Origin: Pleomorphochaeta sp.
GTDB lineage: Bacteria > Spirochaetota > Spirochaetia > Sphaerochaetales > Sphaerochaetaceae
Length of the DNA stretch: 64,000 nt
Assembly (NCBI GenBank): GCA_028532815.1
Contig: JAQQAS010000047.1
Span: 10,841-74,840 of the forward strand
Reading direction: 5' to 3'
The position numbers were made by a program, and so were the translations under genes. Positions 1-8,893 of the stretch are shown piece after piece. The notes under the pieces were generated by a model that was not told the origin of the DNA, ran no database searches, and saw only the letters and a list, made by a program, of their open reading frames with translations. Numbering within the stretch: position 1 is the first letter of the stretch; each line of letters starts with the position of its first letter.

Positions 1-395
1 TAACAAGTGGTAGAATTTTATCTGGGATTATCTCAGATAAAATTGGAATTGTTAATATGATATATTTTAGCACTTTAGTATCTGCTATAGCTGCATTTAT
101 ACTACTGCTAAATATTAACTCTTATGTATCAATTATCTCAATTTTATTTATCGGCTTTGGCTTTGCTTCAATTTATCCATCGATGATTCATAGAACTCCA
201 AGACGATTTGGATCTTTTTTAAGTCCGAAAATAATTGGGTTTCAAATGGCTAGTGCTTATGTAGGTTCTTCTATTACCCCACCAATTGTGGGCGTAATAA
301 TGCAAAAATTTGGTTATAATAGCTTATCAATATTAGTTGTATTATTTTCTATTTCCATTATGCTATTAACAAAAATAATTGAAGTTAAAAAGTAG
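1..395 (+). CDS. C-terminal part of a polytopic membrane transporter (MFS-like); 5' end lies outside the window
   Basis: Frame 3 is open from base 3 (TSGRILSGIISDKIGIVNM...), so the tracked ORF 57..395 is only the tail. It contains several hydrophobic helices. No finer assignment is possible. Confidence 0.45.
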   Translation, partial: TSGRILSGIISDKIGIVNMIYFSTLVSAIAAFILLLNINSYVSIISILFIGFGFASIYPSMIHRTPRRFGSFLSPKIIGFQMASAYVGSSITPPIVGVIMQKFGYNSLSILVVLFSISIMLLTKIIEVKK

Positions 396-603
396 TAAGT
401 TATATACTATGAATACTTTATCTTTACAAAATTTAAGTGCTAAGTAAAATTGTTCATTTTTTTATACTATGCTTAATGTGAAAAATGATTAATTATCTAA
501 AAATAATGCTATAATAAAATGCTATCAGGAATTTTAAATTTTAAAAATTTAGGAATTCATAAAATTTTATAAGAAAATACTATATTTATGCTTGTATACA
601 AAT

Positions 604-637
604 GTTAATTCCCCTATATTAAAACCCCGGAATTAAC
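604..637. repeat. Perfect 9-bp inverted repeat GTTAATTCC-N16-GGAATTAAC upstream of the ygfK promoter
   Basis: Read directly: 604-612 is the reverse complement of 629-637. It belongs to a set of four GGAATT hexamers (528, 552, 607 reverse-complement, 629). Confidence 0.6.
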
Positions 638-640
638 TAT

Positions 641-657
641 GTTGCAATTTGTTGCAA
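641..657. promoter_or_regulatory. Candidate regulator site GTTGCAATTTGTTGCAA (two TTGCAA palindromic hexamers 10 bp apart) abutting the -35 box
   Basis: Its reverse complement TTGCAACAAATTGCAAC matches 16/17 with TTGCAACAAAATGCAAC at 11781-11797. That second copy sits at the same distance from the ygeW -35 box. Confidence 0.5.
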
Positions 658-664
658 AAAATTG

Positions 665-692
665 TTGACAACATAAGAATTCTTATTACAAT
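665..692 (+). promoter_or_regulatory. Sigma-70-type promoter of the ygfK-ssnA-ygeY unit
   Basis: TTGACA (665-670), 16-nt spacer, TACAAT (687-692), about 57 nt upstream of the ATG at 750. Confidence 0.55.
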
Positions 693-749
693 AGAGATGG
701 GCTAGGGCAGTTTTTCTAGCTTAACATGGAAAAAATCAAGGAGTAACAC

Positions 750-3700
750 ATGGGAGACATTATGCGTCCGGTTCCTTTTGGGGAATTAATAAACAGAGTA
801 TTAGGTGAATATAAAAATCATGGTTCAATATTCTCATTAGATAAAGAACAATTCTTTGCTGATAAAAGAGAAAAAAAGGGCAATGTTTTTAACCAAAGCT
901 GTACAACTTATGTTGGACCAGCTGCAGGACCACATACTCAGTTAGCTCAAAACATAATAACAAGTTACCTAGCAGGTGCACGCTTTATTGAATTAAAGAC
1001 AGTCCAAATCATGGATCAACTAGAAATTGCTAAACCTTGTATTGACGCAAGAGATGAAGGCTACAATGTAGAGTGGTCAACAGAATATACATTAGAAAAA
1101 GCTTGGGATGAGTATGCTAAAGCATGGATTTTATGCCATTTAGTAGAAGCTTTATTAAATAAGGGTGAAGTAAAAGAACCATCCTTTATTTTTAACATGA
1201 GTGTCGGTTACAATCTAGAAGGTATTAAGACTGACAGAATGCAACAATTTATCAATTCTATGATGGATGCCAATAAAGATTCACGTTTTAAAGAGTATCT
1301 TGAAGAATTAAATTCTTTATTAAAAGATGGAGACTTATTAGCAGGTACTGAGTTTGCAGGTCTTGAAGAAAAATTAGTTGATAAATTAGTAAAAAATATT
1401 TCAAATAAGATTTGTCAATCAGTTACAATTAGTACAATGCATGGTTGCCCTCCTAAAGAAATTGAAGCTATTTGTAATTACATGTTAACAGAAAAGAAAA
1501 TTGATACTTTTGTAAAATTAAATCCTACTTTATTAGGTTATGATGAAGTTAGAAGAATTTTAGATACCCTAGGTTATGATTATTTACATTTATCAAGAGA
1601 CTCTTTTGATCATGACTTACAATATGCTGATGCAGTTAGCATGTTACATAGATTAGTTGACTTAGCTAAAAAAGAAGGAAGAGGCTTTGGTGTTAAATTA
1701 ACAAATACTTTAGGTTCTGTTAATGACCAAGGTGAATTACCTGGGGATGAGATGTATATGAGTGGTAGAGCTCTTATGCCAATTTCTGTAAACGTAGCTG
1801 CTAAACTTTCAACAGAATTTAAAGGCGAACTCCCTGTTTCTTATTCAGGTGGTGCTAATGCTTTAACTATTTCAGATATCTTTGAAACTGGAATTAGACC
1901 AATTACAGTTGCAACAGATATGCTTCATCCAGGTGGTTATGGCAGAATGGTTCAAATGGCAAACATCTTAGATAGAAGTTCTGCTTGGGATATGAAAAAG
2001 ATTGATGTTGATAAATTAAATGACTTAGCTAAAAAATGTTTAGAAAGTGAATATTTAGAAAAAGCATTTAGAGGAACAGATAGAGCAAAAGTTTACAAGA
2101 ATTTACCATTAACTGATTGTTATGTTGCTCCATGTGTAACAGCTTGTCCTATTCACCAAGATGTTCCAGATTATGTAGCTCTAATGGGTGAAGGTAGATA
2201 TGCTGATGCTTTAGCAGTAATTTATTTGAAAAACCCTCTACCATATATGACTGGTACTATCTGTGATCACCAATGTCAACTTCACTGTACTAGAATGGAT
2301 TATGAAGGTTCAGTGCAAATTAGAGAAATTAAGAAAAAAGCTGTTGAAAATGGTTTTGCAGACTTTAAAGAAATGTGGCAAGCTCCAGGGGAAAGATCAT
2401 CTCTAAAAGCAGCTATTGTTGGTGCCGGCCCTGCTGGATTATCTGCAGCTATGTTCTTAGCTCGTTCAGGTTTCCAAGTAACTGTTTTTGAAAAAGAAGA
2501 GTCTGCTGGCGGTGTTGTAAAAAATGTTGTACCAGAATTTAGAATTCCTGCAGAAGCTGTAAATAGTGATTTTGAATTTATCAAAGCTCATGGTGTAGAT
2601 TTTAAATTTGGTTCATCTAAAGAAGATACTAAAATTGAAAAATTAAAATCTGATGGTTTTGACTATATTTTCTTTGCTGTAGGTTCAGAAAAAGATAATC
2701 CATATTCACTAAAGGGTGGAGAAGATATCCAAAGAGAAGCTCTTCCTTTCTTACGTGCATTTAGAAGAAATAGTGATGAAGCTAAATTAAATAAGCATGT
2801 TGTTGTTCTAGGAGCTGGAAATGTTGCTATGGATACTGCAAGAGCTGCTAAACGTTTAGATGGTGTTGAAGATGTAACTATAGTTTATAGAAGAAGTCTT
2901 AAAGAAATGCCTGCTGACAAAGAAGAGTATGAATTTGCACTAGAAGAAGGCGTAAATTTTGAACTATTAGCTAATCCTGTTGAATATAAAGATGGTAAAT
3001 TAACTTTAGTTAGAATGGAATTAGGCACTCCAGATGAATCCGGTAGAAGAAAACCTATTGCAACTGATGAAACTTTCGAAATTGCTTGTGATAACATAAT
3101 TACTGCTATTGCATCTCATGTAGATGAACAAGAAATGAATTACTATGGAATTCCTGTTGATGAAAGAGGAAAAGTAGTATACAACAAAGAAACTCTTGAA
3201 TCAGAGGTTGAGAATGTTTATGTAATTGGAGATATGCAAAGCGGTCCAGCAACTATTGTTGAAGCTATTGCCTCTGCAAGACTAGCTGTTGAATCATGTG
3301 TTGATAAAGTTCTTGATGAAATGGATGATGACGTAGCAGATGAAGGTGAAGAACATGATGAAAGTTGTGAATGTGGATGTCACGATCACGATCATGAAGA
3401 TGTTGATATCGAAGATCTAACAGCTCAAGAAGATGCTTACTTTAAAGAATTAAAAGTTAAGAAGAGCAATATCACTCTTTCAGTTGACAAAGATACAAAA
3501 GAATTCTTAGAAACTGAAGCAATGAGATGTAATGAATGTTCATACCTTTGTAACAAATGTGTTGAAGTATGTCCAAACAGAGCTAATGTTGCAATTGATG
3601 TAAGAAATACTGGAGTATTTGAAGATCCATTCCAAATTGTACACCTAGATGCTTATTGTAATGAATGTGGTAACTGTGGAACTTTCTGTCCTTACAACCA

Positions 3701-3944
3701 AGCACCTTATAAAGAAAAATTAACTTTATTCTCAAGAAGAGATGATTTTGATAATTCAACAAATCCGGGCTTCTTTGTAAATGGATCAGATGTATTAGTA
3801 AGACTAGAGGGCAAACTATATAATTGTGAAATTAATGGTGAAGGTATGCTAGAAGGCGAAGAAGGTGTAACTGATGAAGTTGCAGCTATCATCGAAGAAA
3901 TCTTCTTATCATACAGTTACCTATTAGGTGAAGTAGATCAATAG
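750..3944 (+). CDS. ygfK: YgfK-like multidomain Fe-S/FAD oxidoreductase (putative electron-transfer subunit of a selenium-dependent molybdenum hydroxylase; historically annotated as a selenate reductase subunit)
   Basis: 1064 aa. N-terminal DPD/DHOD-like barrel region. Cys clusters CVTACPIHQ and CDHQCQLHC. Two dinucleotide folds, GAGPAGLSAA and GAGNVAMD. C-terminal ferredoxin motifs CNECSYLCNKCVEVCP and CNECGNCGTFCP. Size and architecture match E. coli YgfK. AAGGAG lies 6 nt before the ATG. Confidence 0.8.
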   Translation: MGDIMRPVPFGELINRVLGEYKNHGSIFSLDKEQFFADKREKKGNVFNQSCTTYVGPAAGPHTQLAQNIITSYLAGARFIELKTVQIMDQLEIAKPCIDARDEGYNVEWSTEYTLEKAWDEYAKAWILCHLVEALLNKGEVKEPSFIFNMSVGYNLEGIKTDRMQQFINSMMDANKDSRFKEYLEELNSLLKDGDLLAGTEFAGLEEKLVDKLVKNISNKICQSVTISTMHGCPPKEIEAICNYMLTEKKIDTFVKLNPTLLGYDEVRRILDTLGYDYLHLSRDSFDHDLQYADAVSMLHRLVDLAKKEGRGFGVKLTNTLGSVNDQGELPGDEMYMSGRALMPISVNVAAKLSTEFKGELPVSYSGGANALTISDIFETGIRPITVATDMLHPGGYGRMVQMANILDRSSAWDMKKIDVDKLNDLAKKCLESEYLEKAFRGTDRAKVYKNLPLTDCYVAPCVTACPIHQDVPDYVALMGEGRYADALAVIYLKNPLPYMTGTICDHQCQLHCTRMDYEGSVQIREIKKKAVENGFADFKEMWQAPGERSSLKAAIVGAGPAGLSAAMFLARSGFQVTVFEKEESAGGVVKNVVPEFRIPAEAVNSDFEFIKAHGVDFKFGSSKEDTKIEKLKSDGFDYIFFAVGSEKDNPYSLKGGEDIQREALPFLRAFRRNSDEAKLNKHVVVLGAGNVAMDTARAAKRLDGVEDVTIVYRRSLKEMPADKEEYEFALEEGVNFELLANPVEYKDGKLTLVRMELGTPDESGRRKPIATDETFEIACDNIITAIASHVDEQEMNYYGIPVDERGKVVYNKETLESEVENVYVIGDMQSGPATIVEAIASARLAVESCVDKVLDEMDDDVADEGEEHDESCECGCHDHDHEDVDIEDLTAQEDAYFKELKVKKSNITLSVDKDTKEFLETEAMRCNECSYLCNKCVEVCPNRANVAIDVRNTGVFEDPFQIVHLDAYCNECGNCGTFCPYNQAPYKEKLTLFSRRDDFDNSTNPGFFVNGSDVLVRLEGKLYNCEINGEGMLEGEEGVTDEVAAIIEEIFLSYSYLLGEVDQ

Positions 3945-3953
3945 GATATTAAA

Positions 3954-5264
3954 ATGGATACACTATTTAAAAACGTTAGAATTATGCAAACCAAGGCTCC
4001 TTTCGAGGTAGTTGAAGGTGTTGATGTACTAGTAAAGGGCGATACTATCGCCCGTATTGGTAAAGACTTAGTTAGTGAAGGTGCAAATATTATTAATGCT
4101 AAGGGTAAAACCTTAATGCCAGGTAATGTTTGTGCACACCATCATTATTACAGTGGTCTTTCTAGAGGTATGTTAGTAAATGCAGGTCCACAAACAGACT
4201 TAATTCAAATCTTAAGAGAGTGGTGGTGGAGATTAGATAGAGCTTTAGATGAAGAAGCTTGTTACTATTCTTCTCTAATTTGTTCTCTAGATGCAATTGC
4301 AGCTGGAACAACAAGTGTAGTAGATCATCATGCTAGTCCAAATTATATTAAAGGTTCTTTATCCACTATCAAAAAAGGTATGGAAGAAGTTGGCCTTAGA
4401 GGTATGACTTGTTATGAAGTTACCGATAGAAATGGTGGTATGAAAGAAGTTGAGGCTGGAGTTCAAGAAAATGTTGATTTTGCAACTAGTGGAACTTCAG
4501 ATATGGTTAAAGCTATGATTGGTGGCCATGCACCATTTACTATTCCTGATGAAGGATTGAAGTTAATGAGTGAAGCTTGTAAAACTACAGGTGCTGGTAT
4601 CCATCTTCATGTCGCAGAAGGCGATTATGACCAAATTCATTCACACCATAAATACGGTAAAGATATTGTAGCAAGATTAGAAGATTTTGATCTTTTACAA
4701 GAAAATAGCTTATTAGTTCATGGTATCTATTTAAGTGAAGAAGAAATCAATACTTTAAACGCTCACAAATGTTTCTTTGCTCACAATCCAAGAAGTAATA
4801 TGAATAACCAAATTGGTTATAATAATAAATTACCAATGGTTGATAAATTAATTATTGGTACAGATGGTTGTGGTGGAAATATGTTTGAAGAGTTAAAAAT
4901 TGCTTTCTTTGAACATAGAGATGAAAAAGGTCCATGGTGGCCAAATAGTTTTGTAGATGCTTTAAACAGAGGCAATAGCTTAATTGAAACTTATTTTGAT
5001 GGTAAATACGGACAAGTTAAAGAAGGCTATAAAGCTGATTTAACACTTCTTGATTATCACAGTCCAACTCCATTGGTAAGCGATAATGCAGCTGGCCATT
5101 TTGTTTGGGGAATGAGTTCAAACAGTGTACATTCTGTAATGATTAACGGTGAATTAGTTTATGATAACCGTGAATTTGTTGGCATCGATGTAGATGAAAT
5201 CTATAAAAAAGCAAGTGAAGTTGCAAAAAGAGTTTGGGAAAAAGTAGATACTTTAGCCCCATAA
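3954..5264 (+). CDS. ssnA: SsnA-like amidohydrolase-superfamily protein
   Basis: 436 aa. Metal-binding motif NVCAHHHYY, plus HLHVAE and GTDGCGG. It sits immediately after ygfK, as in E. coli. Confidence 0.75.
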   Translation: MDTLFKNVRIMQTKAPFEVVEGVDVLVKGDTIARIGKDLVSEGANIINAKGKTLMPGNVCAHHHYYSGLSRGMLVNAGPQTDLIQILREWWWRLDRALDEEACYYSSLICSLDAIAAGTTSVVDHHASPNYIKGSLSTIKKGMEEVGLRGMTCYEVTDRNGGMKEVEAGVQENVDFATSGTSDMVKAMIGGHAPFTIPDEGLKLMSEACKTTGAGIHLHVAEGDYDQIHSHHKYGKDIVARLEDFDLLQENSLLVHGIYLSEEEINTLNAHKCFFAHNPRSNMNNQIGYNNKLPMVDKLIIGTDGCGGNMFEELKIAFFEHRDEKGPWWPNSFVDALNRGNSLIETYFDGKYGQVKEGYKADLTLLDYHSPTPLVSDNAAGHFVWGMSSNSVHSVMINGELVYDNREFVGIDVDEIYKKASEVAKRVWEKVDTLAP

Positions 5265-5321
5265 ACGAAAAAAATAAAAATTGTATTATAAATAAGGCAT
5301 ATAGCCAAGGAGAAAACACAA

Positions 5322-6536
5322 ATGACAATTAATGAACAAATTTTAGCAAAAGCAGCTGAGTATTCTGATTACACAGCAAAAAACCTTTCTAAAATGGTCC
5401 AAGCAAAAAGTTACAGTAGCCAAGAAGAAGATGTATGTCGTCTTATCGTTGAATTATGTAAAGAAGCAAATTTTGACGAAGTAAGAATTGATGGTCTTGG
5501 TTCAGTTATTGGTAGAGTAGGAAATGGTCCTAAAAAAATTGCTTTTGATGCTCATATTGATACTGTTGAAGTTGGTAATATGAAAAACTGGGATTTCGAT
5601 CCTTTCTCAGGTGAAATCAAAGATGGTTTAGTACTAGGTCGTGGTACTTCTGACCAAAAAGGTGGAGCAGCTTCAATGATTACAGCTGGTCGTATCTTAA
5701 AAGAATTAGGTTATGCTGGAGAATATACTTGCTATTTCACATTTACTGTAATGGAAGAAGATTGTGATGGTATGTGTTGGAAATATTTAATTGAAGAAGA
5801 AGATTTCAAACCAGATTTTGTTGTATCAACAGAACCAACTTCTTGTAGACTTTATAGAGGTCACAGAGGTCGTATGGAAATCAGAATTTTCTTAAAAGGT
5901 ATCTCTTGTCATGGTAGTGCTCCAGAAAGAGGTGTTAGTGCATCTTATAAAGCTGCTCGTGCTGCTCTAGCTATCGAACAACTAAACGAAGACTTACAAC
6001 CAGATGATGATAATTTCTTAGGTAAAGGAACTATCACAGTTAGCCAAATGGATGTTAAAGGTCCTTCTCAATGTGCTGTTTCAGACTATGCTATGCTTTA
6101 CTGTGACAGACGTCTAACTTGGGGTGAAGATGCTGATTTAGCTATTTCTCAAGTATTAGAATATGTATCTAAAGCAACTGGTGATAAAAAAGAAGATATC
6201 ATTGTTGAAATGCCTAACTATGAAAAAGTTGGTTGGACTAAAAAAGAATATTCTCAAGAATTATATTTCCCTACCTGGAAAATTGATGAAGATCACAAAT
6301 TGGTTCAAGCTGGTGTTGAAGCTCATAAAGCTCTTTATAGTGAAGCTCCTGTTGTTGACAAATGGACTTTCTCAACAAACTGTGTAGCTACTACAGGTCG
6401 TCATAAAATTCCTGCAATTGGTTTCGGCCCTGGTGATGAAGATCAAGCTCATGCACCTAACGAAATTACTCGTGTTAAAGACTTAGAAGTTTGTTCTGCA
6501 TTCTATGCAATGCTACCTTATAGCTTAGAAAAATAA
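5322..6536 (+). CDS. ygeY: YgeY-like M20-family metallohydrolase
   Basis: 404 aa. M20 motifs AHIDTV, GRGTSDQKGG and EEDCDG. AAGGAG RBS. Size and neighbourhood match YgeY. Confidence 0.75.
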   Translation: MTINEQILAKAAEYSDYTAKNLSKMVQAKSYSSQEEDVCRLIVELCKEANFDEVRIDGLGSVIGRVGNGPKKIAFDAHIDTVEVGNMKNWDFDPFSGEIKDGLVLGRGTSDQKGGAASMITAGRILKELGYAGEYTCYFTFTVMEEDCDGMCWKYLIEEEDFKPDFVVSTEPTSCRLYRGHRGRMEIRIFLKGISCHGSAPERGVSASYKAARAALAIEQLNEDLQPDDDNFLGKGTITVSQMDVKGPSQCAVSDYAMLYCDRRLTWGEDADLAISQVLEYVSKATGDKKEDIIVEMPNYEKVGWTKKEYSQELYFPTWKIDEDHKLVQAGVEAHKALYSEAPVVDKWTFSTNCVATTGRHKIPAIGFGPGDEDQAHAPNEITRVKDLEVCSAFYAMLPYSLEK

Positions 6537-6555
6537 TTTAAGTTAATAAGTTAAT

Positions 6556-6590
6556 CAGCCGTAGCTTTGCGCTACGGCTGTATTACTTTT
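6556..6590 (+). terminator. Rho-independent terminator after ygeY
   Basis: Perfect 10-bp stem CAGCCGTAGC / GCTACGGCTG (6556-6565 and 6571-6580), 5-nt loop, T-rich tail. Confidence 0.7.
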
Positions 6591-6600
6591 AATAGACCAT

Positions 6601-6642
6601 TTGTTTATAGAAAATATAATGATATAATTAATCTATAGATTA
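6601..6642 (+). promoter_or_regulatory. Promoter (TTGTTT-16-TATAAT) with an overlapping perfect 14-bp palindrome TAATCTATAGATTA
   Basis: -35 at 6601-6606 and -10 at 6623-6628. The palindrome at 6629-6642 covers the expected transcription start. Confidence 0.45.
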
Positions 6643-6683
6643 TCTTTTTTAAAAATACTTTATTAAAACACGAGGAGTTTAAA

Positions 6684-8066
6684 ATGTCTGACAAAATATT
6701 ATTGAGAGATATTCATTGTCTTCAAACTAGTTTTGATAAACCATCGCTTTCAGGTGCTGATTTATTAATTGAAGATGGTAAAGTTAAAAAAATATATAAA
6801 GAAGGTAAGGCAAAAATTGATCCAGCTTGTAGAGTTATTGATTGTTCAAATCATGTAGTAATTCCAGGTATGGTCAATACTCACCATCATTTTTATCAAA
6901 CTCTTACTAGAAATCTTCCCTCTGTCCAAAATGCAGAATTGTTTGATTGGCTAATTTATTTATATGATATTTGGAAACATATAGATGAAGAAGCAGTTTA
7001 TACTAGTAGTTGTTTAGCTATTGGTGAATTATTAAAAACTGGTTGTACAACTTCTACCGATCATCATTATCTTTATCCAAGGGGGTTTAAGGGTGATTTA
7101 ATGGGACTTCAATTTGAAGCAGCAGATCGATTAGGAATGAGATTCTCTCCAACCCGTGGTTCAATGAGTCTTTCTAAAAAAGATGGAGGATTACCTCCTG
7201 ATTCAGTTGTTCAAACAACAGATGAAATACTAGAAGATAGCGAAAGATGTATTAAGCAATATCACCAAGAAGGTGGAGCTGCTATGCATAAAATCGTTCT
7301 AGCACCATGTTCTCCTTTCTCAGTTACTAAAGACTTAATGAAAGAGTCTTGTTCTCTAGCTAGAAAGTATGGAGCTAGAATTCATACACATCTTTGTGAA
7401 ACATACGATGAAGCAGATTTCTGTAAAGAAATGTATGGAGTTAGACCTGTTGAATTGATGAAAGAATGTGATATGGTTGGCGAGGATGTTTTCTTCGCTC
7501 ATGGTATACATTTTAACGATAAAGAGTTAGAATATTTACGTGATACTAAGTGTCATATAGCTCACTGTCCATCTAGTAACATGAGACTAGGTAGTGGAAT
7601 CTGTAGAGTTAAAGAAATGAAAGACTTAGGAATCAACGTTGGTATTGCTGTAGATGGCTCTGCAAGTAATGATAGTTCTGATATGTTAGGTGAATTGAGA
7701 AATGCTTTGCTACTACAAAGAGTAAAATATGGTGCAGCAGCTGTTACAGCCTCAGATATATTTACCATGGGAACTCTTGGTGGAGCAAAAATGCTTGGTT
7801 TTGATGAAGTAGGATTATTAGAAGAAGGTTGGCAAGCTGATATTGCAATCTTTGATGTATCTACATTGCCTTATGCTGGATCACACAGTGATAGTACAGC
7901 ATCTCTTTTGTTCTGCGGAACTAATCATAATACTGCATACACTATTGTTAATGGTAAGGTTGTTGTCGATGAGGGTAAACTTGTTGGCTATGATGAAAAT
8001 GAACTTGCTAAGAAAGGTCGAGAAGTAAGCGAGAATTTGCTCAAAAGAGCGGGAGTAATTGAATAA
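6684..8066 (+). CDS. Amidohydrolase of the chlorohydrolase / (8-oxo)guanine deaminase-like group
   Basis: 460 aa. Motifs MVNTHHHFYQTLTR, HTHLCET, AHGIH and VDGSASND, which are typical of COG0402-type nucleobase deaminases. Substrate is not inferable. Confidence 0.65.
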   Translation: MSDKILLRDIHCLQTSFDKPSLSGADLLIEDGKVKKIYKEGKAKIDPACRVIDCSNHVVIPGMVNTHHHFYQTLTRNLPSVQNAELFDWLIYLYDIWKHIDEEAVYTSSCLAIGELLKTGCTTSTDHHYLYPRGFKGDLMGLQFEAADRLGMRFSPTRGSMSLSKKDGGLPPDSVVQTTDEILEDSERCIKQYHQEGGAAMHKIVLAPCSPFSVTKDLMKESCSLARKYGARIHTHLCETYDEADFCKEMYGVRPVELMKECDMVGEDVFFAHGIHFNDKELEYLRDTKCHIAHCPSSNMRLGSGICRVKEMKDLGINVGIAVDGSASNDSSDMLGELRNALLLQRVKYGAAAVTASDIFTMGTLGGAKMLGFDEVGLLEEGWQADIAIFDVSTLPYAGSHSDSTASLLFCGTNHNTAYTIVNGKVVVDEGKLVGYDENELAKKGREVSENLLKRAGVIE

Positions 8067-8893
8067 TGATAAAATATTTAATAAAAGTTAAAGATGTAAA
8101 AGAAGCATTACTTAAAAAAAGGGAATATCCTGAATATGCTTTTTATGCAGGTGGAACCGAAATCAATCGTCTTAATTCTAATTTAAAATATGAAGGTGCT
8201 ATTAGTCTTGAAGGTTTAGGTTTAGATAAAATTGAAGTTACTAAAGAAGGTGTAAAAATTGGAGCTTGTGTAACTCTTCAATCTTTAATTGAATCTGATG
8301 ATATTCCTGAATACTTAAAAGAAGCTGCTCAATTCTGTGCTTCAAGAACATTAAGAAATAGTGCAACAATTGGTGGTAACTTAGCATTTGGTAGTGATGA
8401 TTCATATCTTATGCCAACCTTGTTAGCAGCTAAAGCTAGATTAATGACTTCAGGTTTAACCTCCGATGGAGTATTTACTGAAGATAACCTTCCAATTAGA
8501 GAGTATCATTCAAATCATGATTCTTTTTCAAGCACTCTTTTAGTTGGCGTTGTTTTACCAAAAGAAGAAAGGGTTGTATTATCAAAAAGATTTGCTAAAA
8601 CATCTCATGCTCACAGTGCCGTCTGTGTAGCTTTTGGCGCTAAGGTAAGTAATAAAAAACTATCTGAAGTTAGAATTTTTGCTGCAATCAAATCAACTGG
8701 TGTTGTAAGATTTAGTGATGTTGAAAATGCTATAGAAAATGATGCATTTAGTTCAAGTGCTGATGTCGAATTTGCAATTGCTAATGCAGTCAAGGCAAAA
8801 GATGATTTAACCGCTTCAGCTTCGTACAAACGTTATATAACAAGTGTAGCAGTTGCTCAAATGTTTGATATGACAAAAGGAGGAGCAAAATAA
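8066..8893 (+). CDS. ygfM: FAD-binding subunit of a molybdenum hydroxylase (YgfM/XdhB-like)
   Basis: 275 aa. AGGTEINR and ATIGGNL motifs of the CO-dehydrogenase-flavoprotein fold. Start overlaps the upstream stop (TAATG). It directly precedes the xdhD homologue, as in E. coli ygfM-xdhD. Confidence 0.65.
   Translation: MIKYLIKVKDVKEALLKKREYPEYAFYAGGTEINRLNSNLKYEGAISLEGLGLDKIEVTKEGVKIGACVTLQSLIESDDIPEYLKEAAQFCASRTLRNSATIGGNLAFGSDDSYLMPTLLAAKARLMTSGLTSDGVFTEDNLPIREYHSNHDSFSSTLLVGVVLPKEERVVLSKRFAKTSHAHSAVCVAFGAKVSNKKLSEVRIFAAIKSTGVVRFSDVENAIENDAFSSSADVEFAIANAVKAKDDLTASASYKRYITSVAVAQMFDMTKGGAK

Noticed and set aside
641-657. Reading the TTGCAA repeats as a sigma-54 (-24 TGGCAC / -12 TTGC) promoter, by analogy with the sigma-54-dependent control proposed for the E. 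coli cluster.
   Set aside because: The near-invariant GG of the -24 element is absent in both copies (TTGCAA and not TGGCAC). The two copies are in opposite orientation relative to their genes. Good sigma-70-type -35/-10 pairs lie just downstream. This remains an unlikely alternative.
396-749. A possible purine (guanine/xanthine) riboswitch upstream of the purine-catabolic operon.
   Set aside because: None of the conserved purine-aptamer junction sequences or the three-way junction could be found by eye. The best promoter leaves only a ~57-nt leader.
2300-3892. Short ORFs on the opposite strand inside ygfK. The same type occurs throughout the track at these positions: 5143, 6163, 7562, 7843, 8611, 10680, 11628, 11856, 12684, 14503, 15647, 16782, 17268, 17993, 18787, 23428, 23863, 24378, 26531, 30401, 32839, 34150, 40309, 40949, 42494, 49985, 50022, 56825, 57022, 58448, 58700, 60238, 60587, 62407.
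   Set aside because: Each is fully embedded in or antisense to a long ORF with clear family motifs. They are low-complexity Ser/Leu/Phe/Lys-rich, as expected from AT-rich antisense frames, and have no RBS or recognisable domain.
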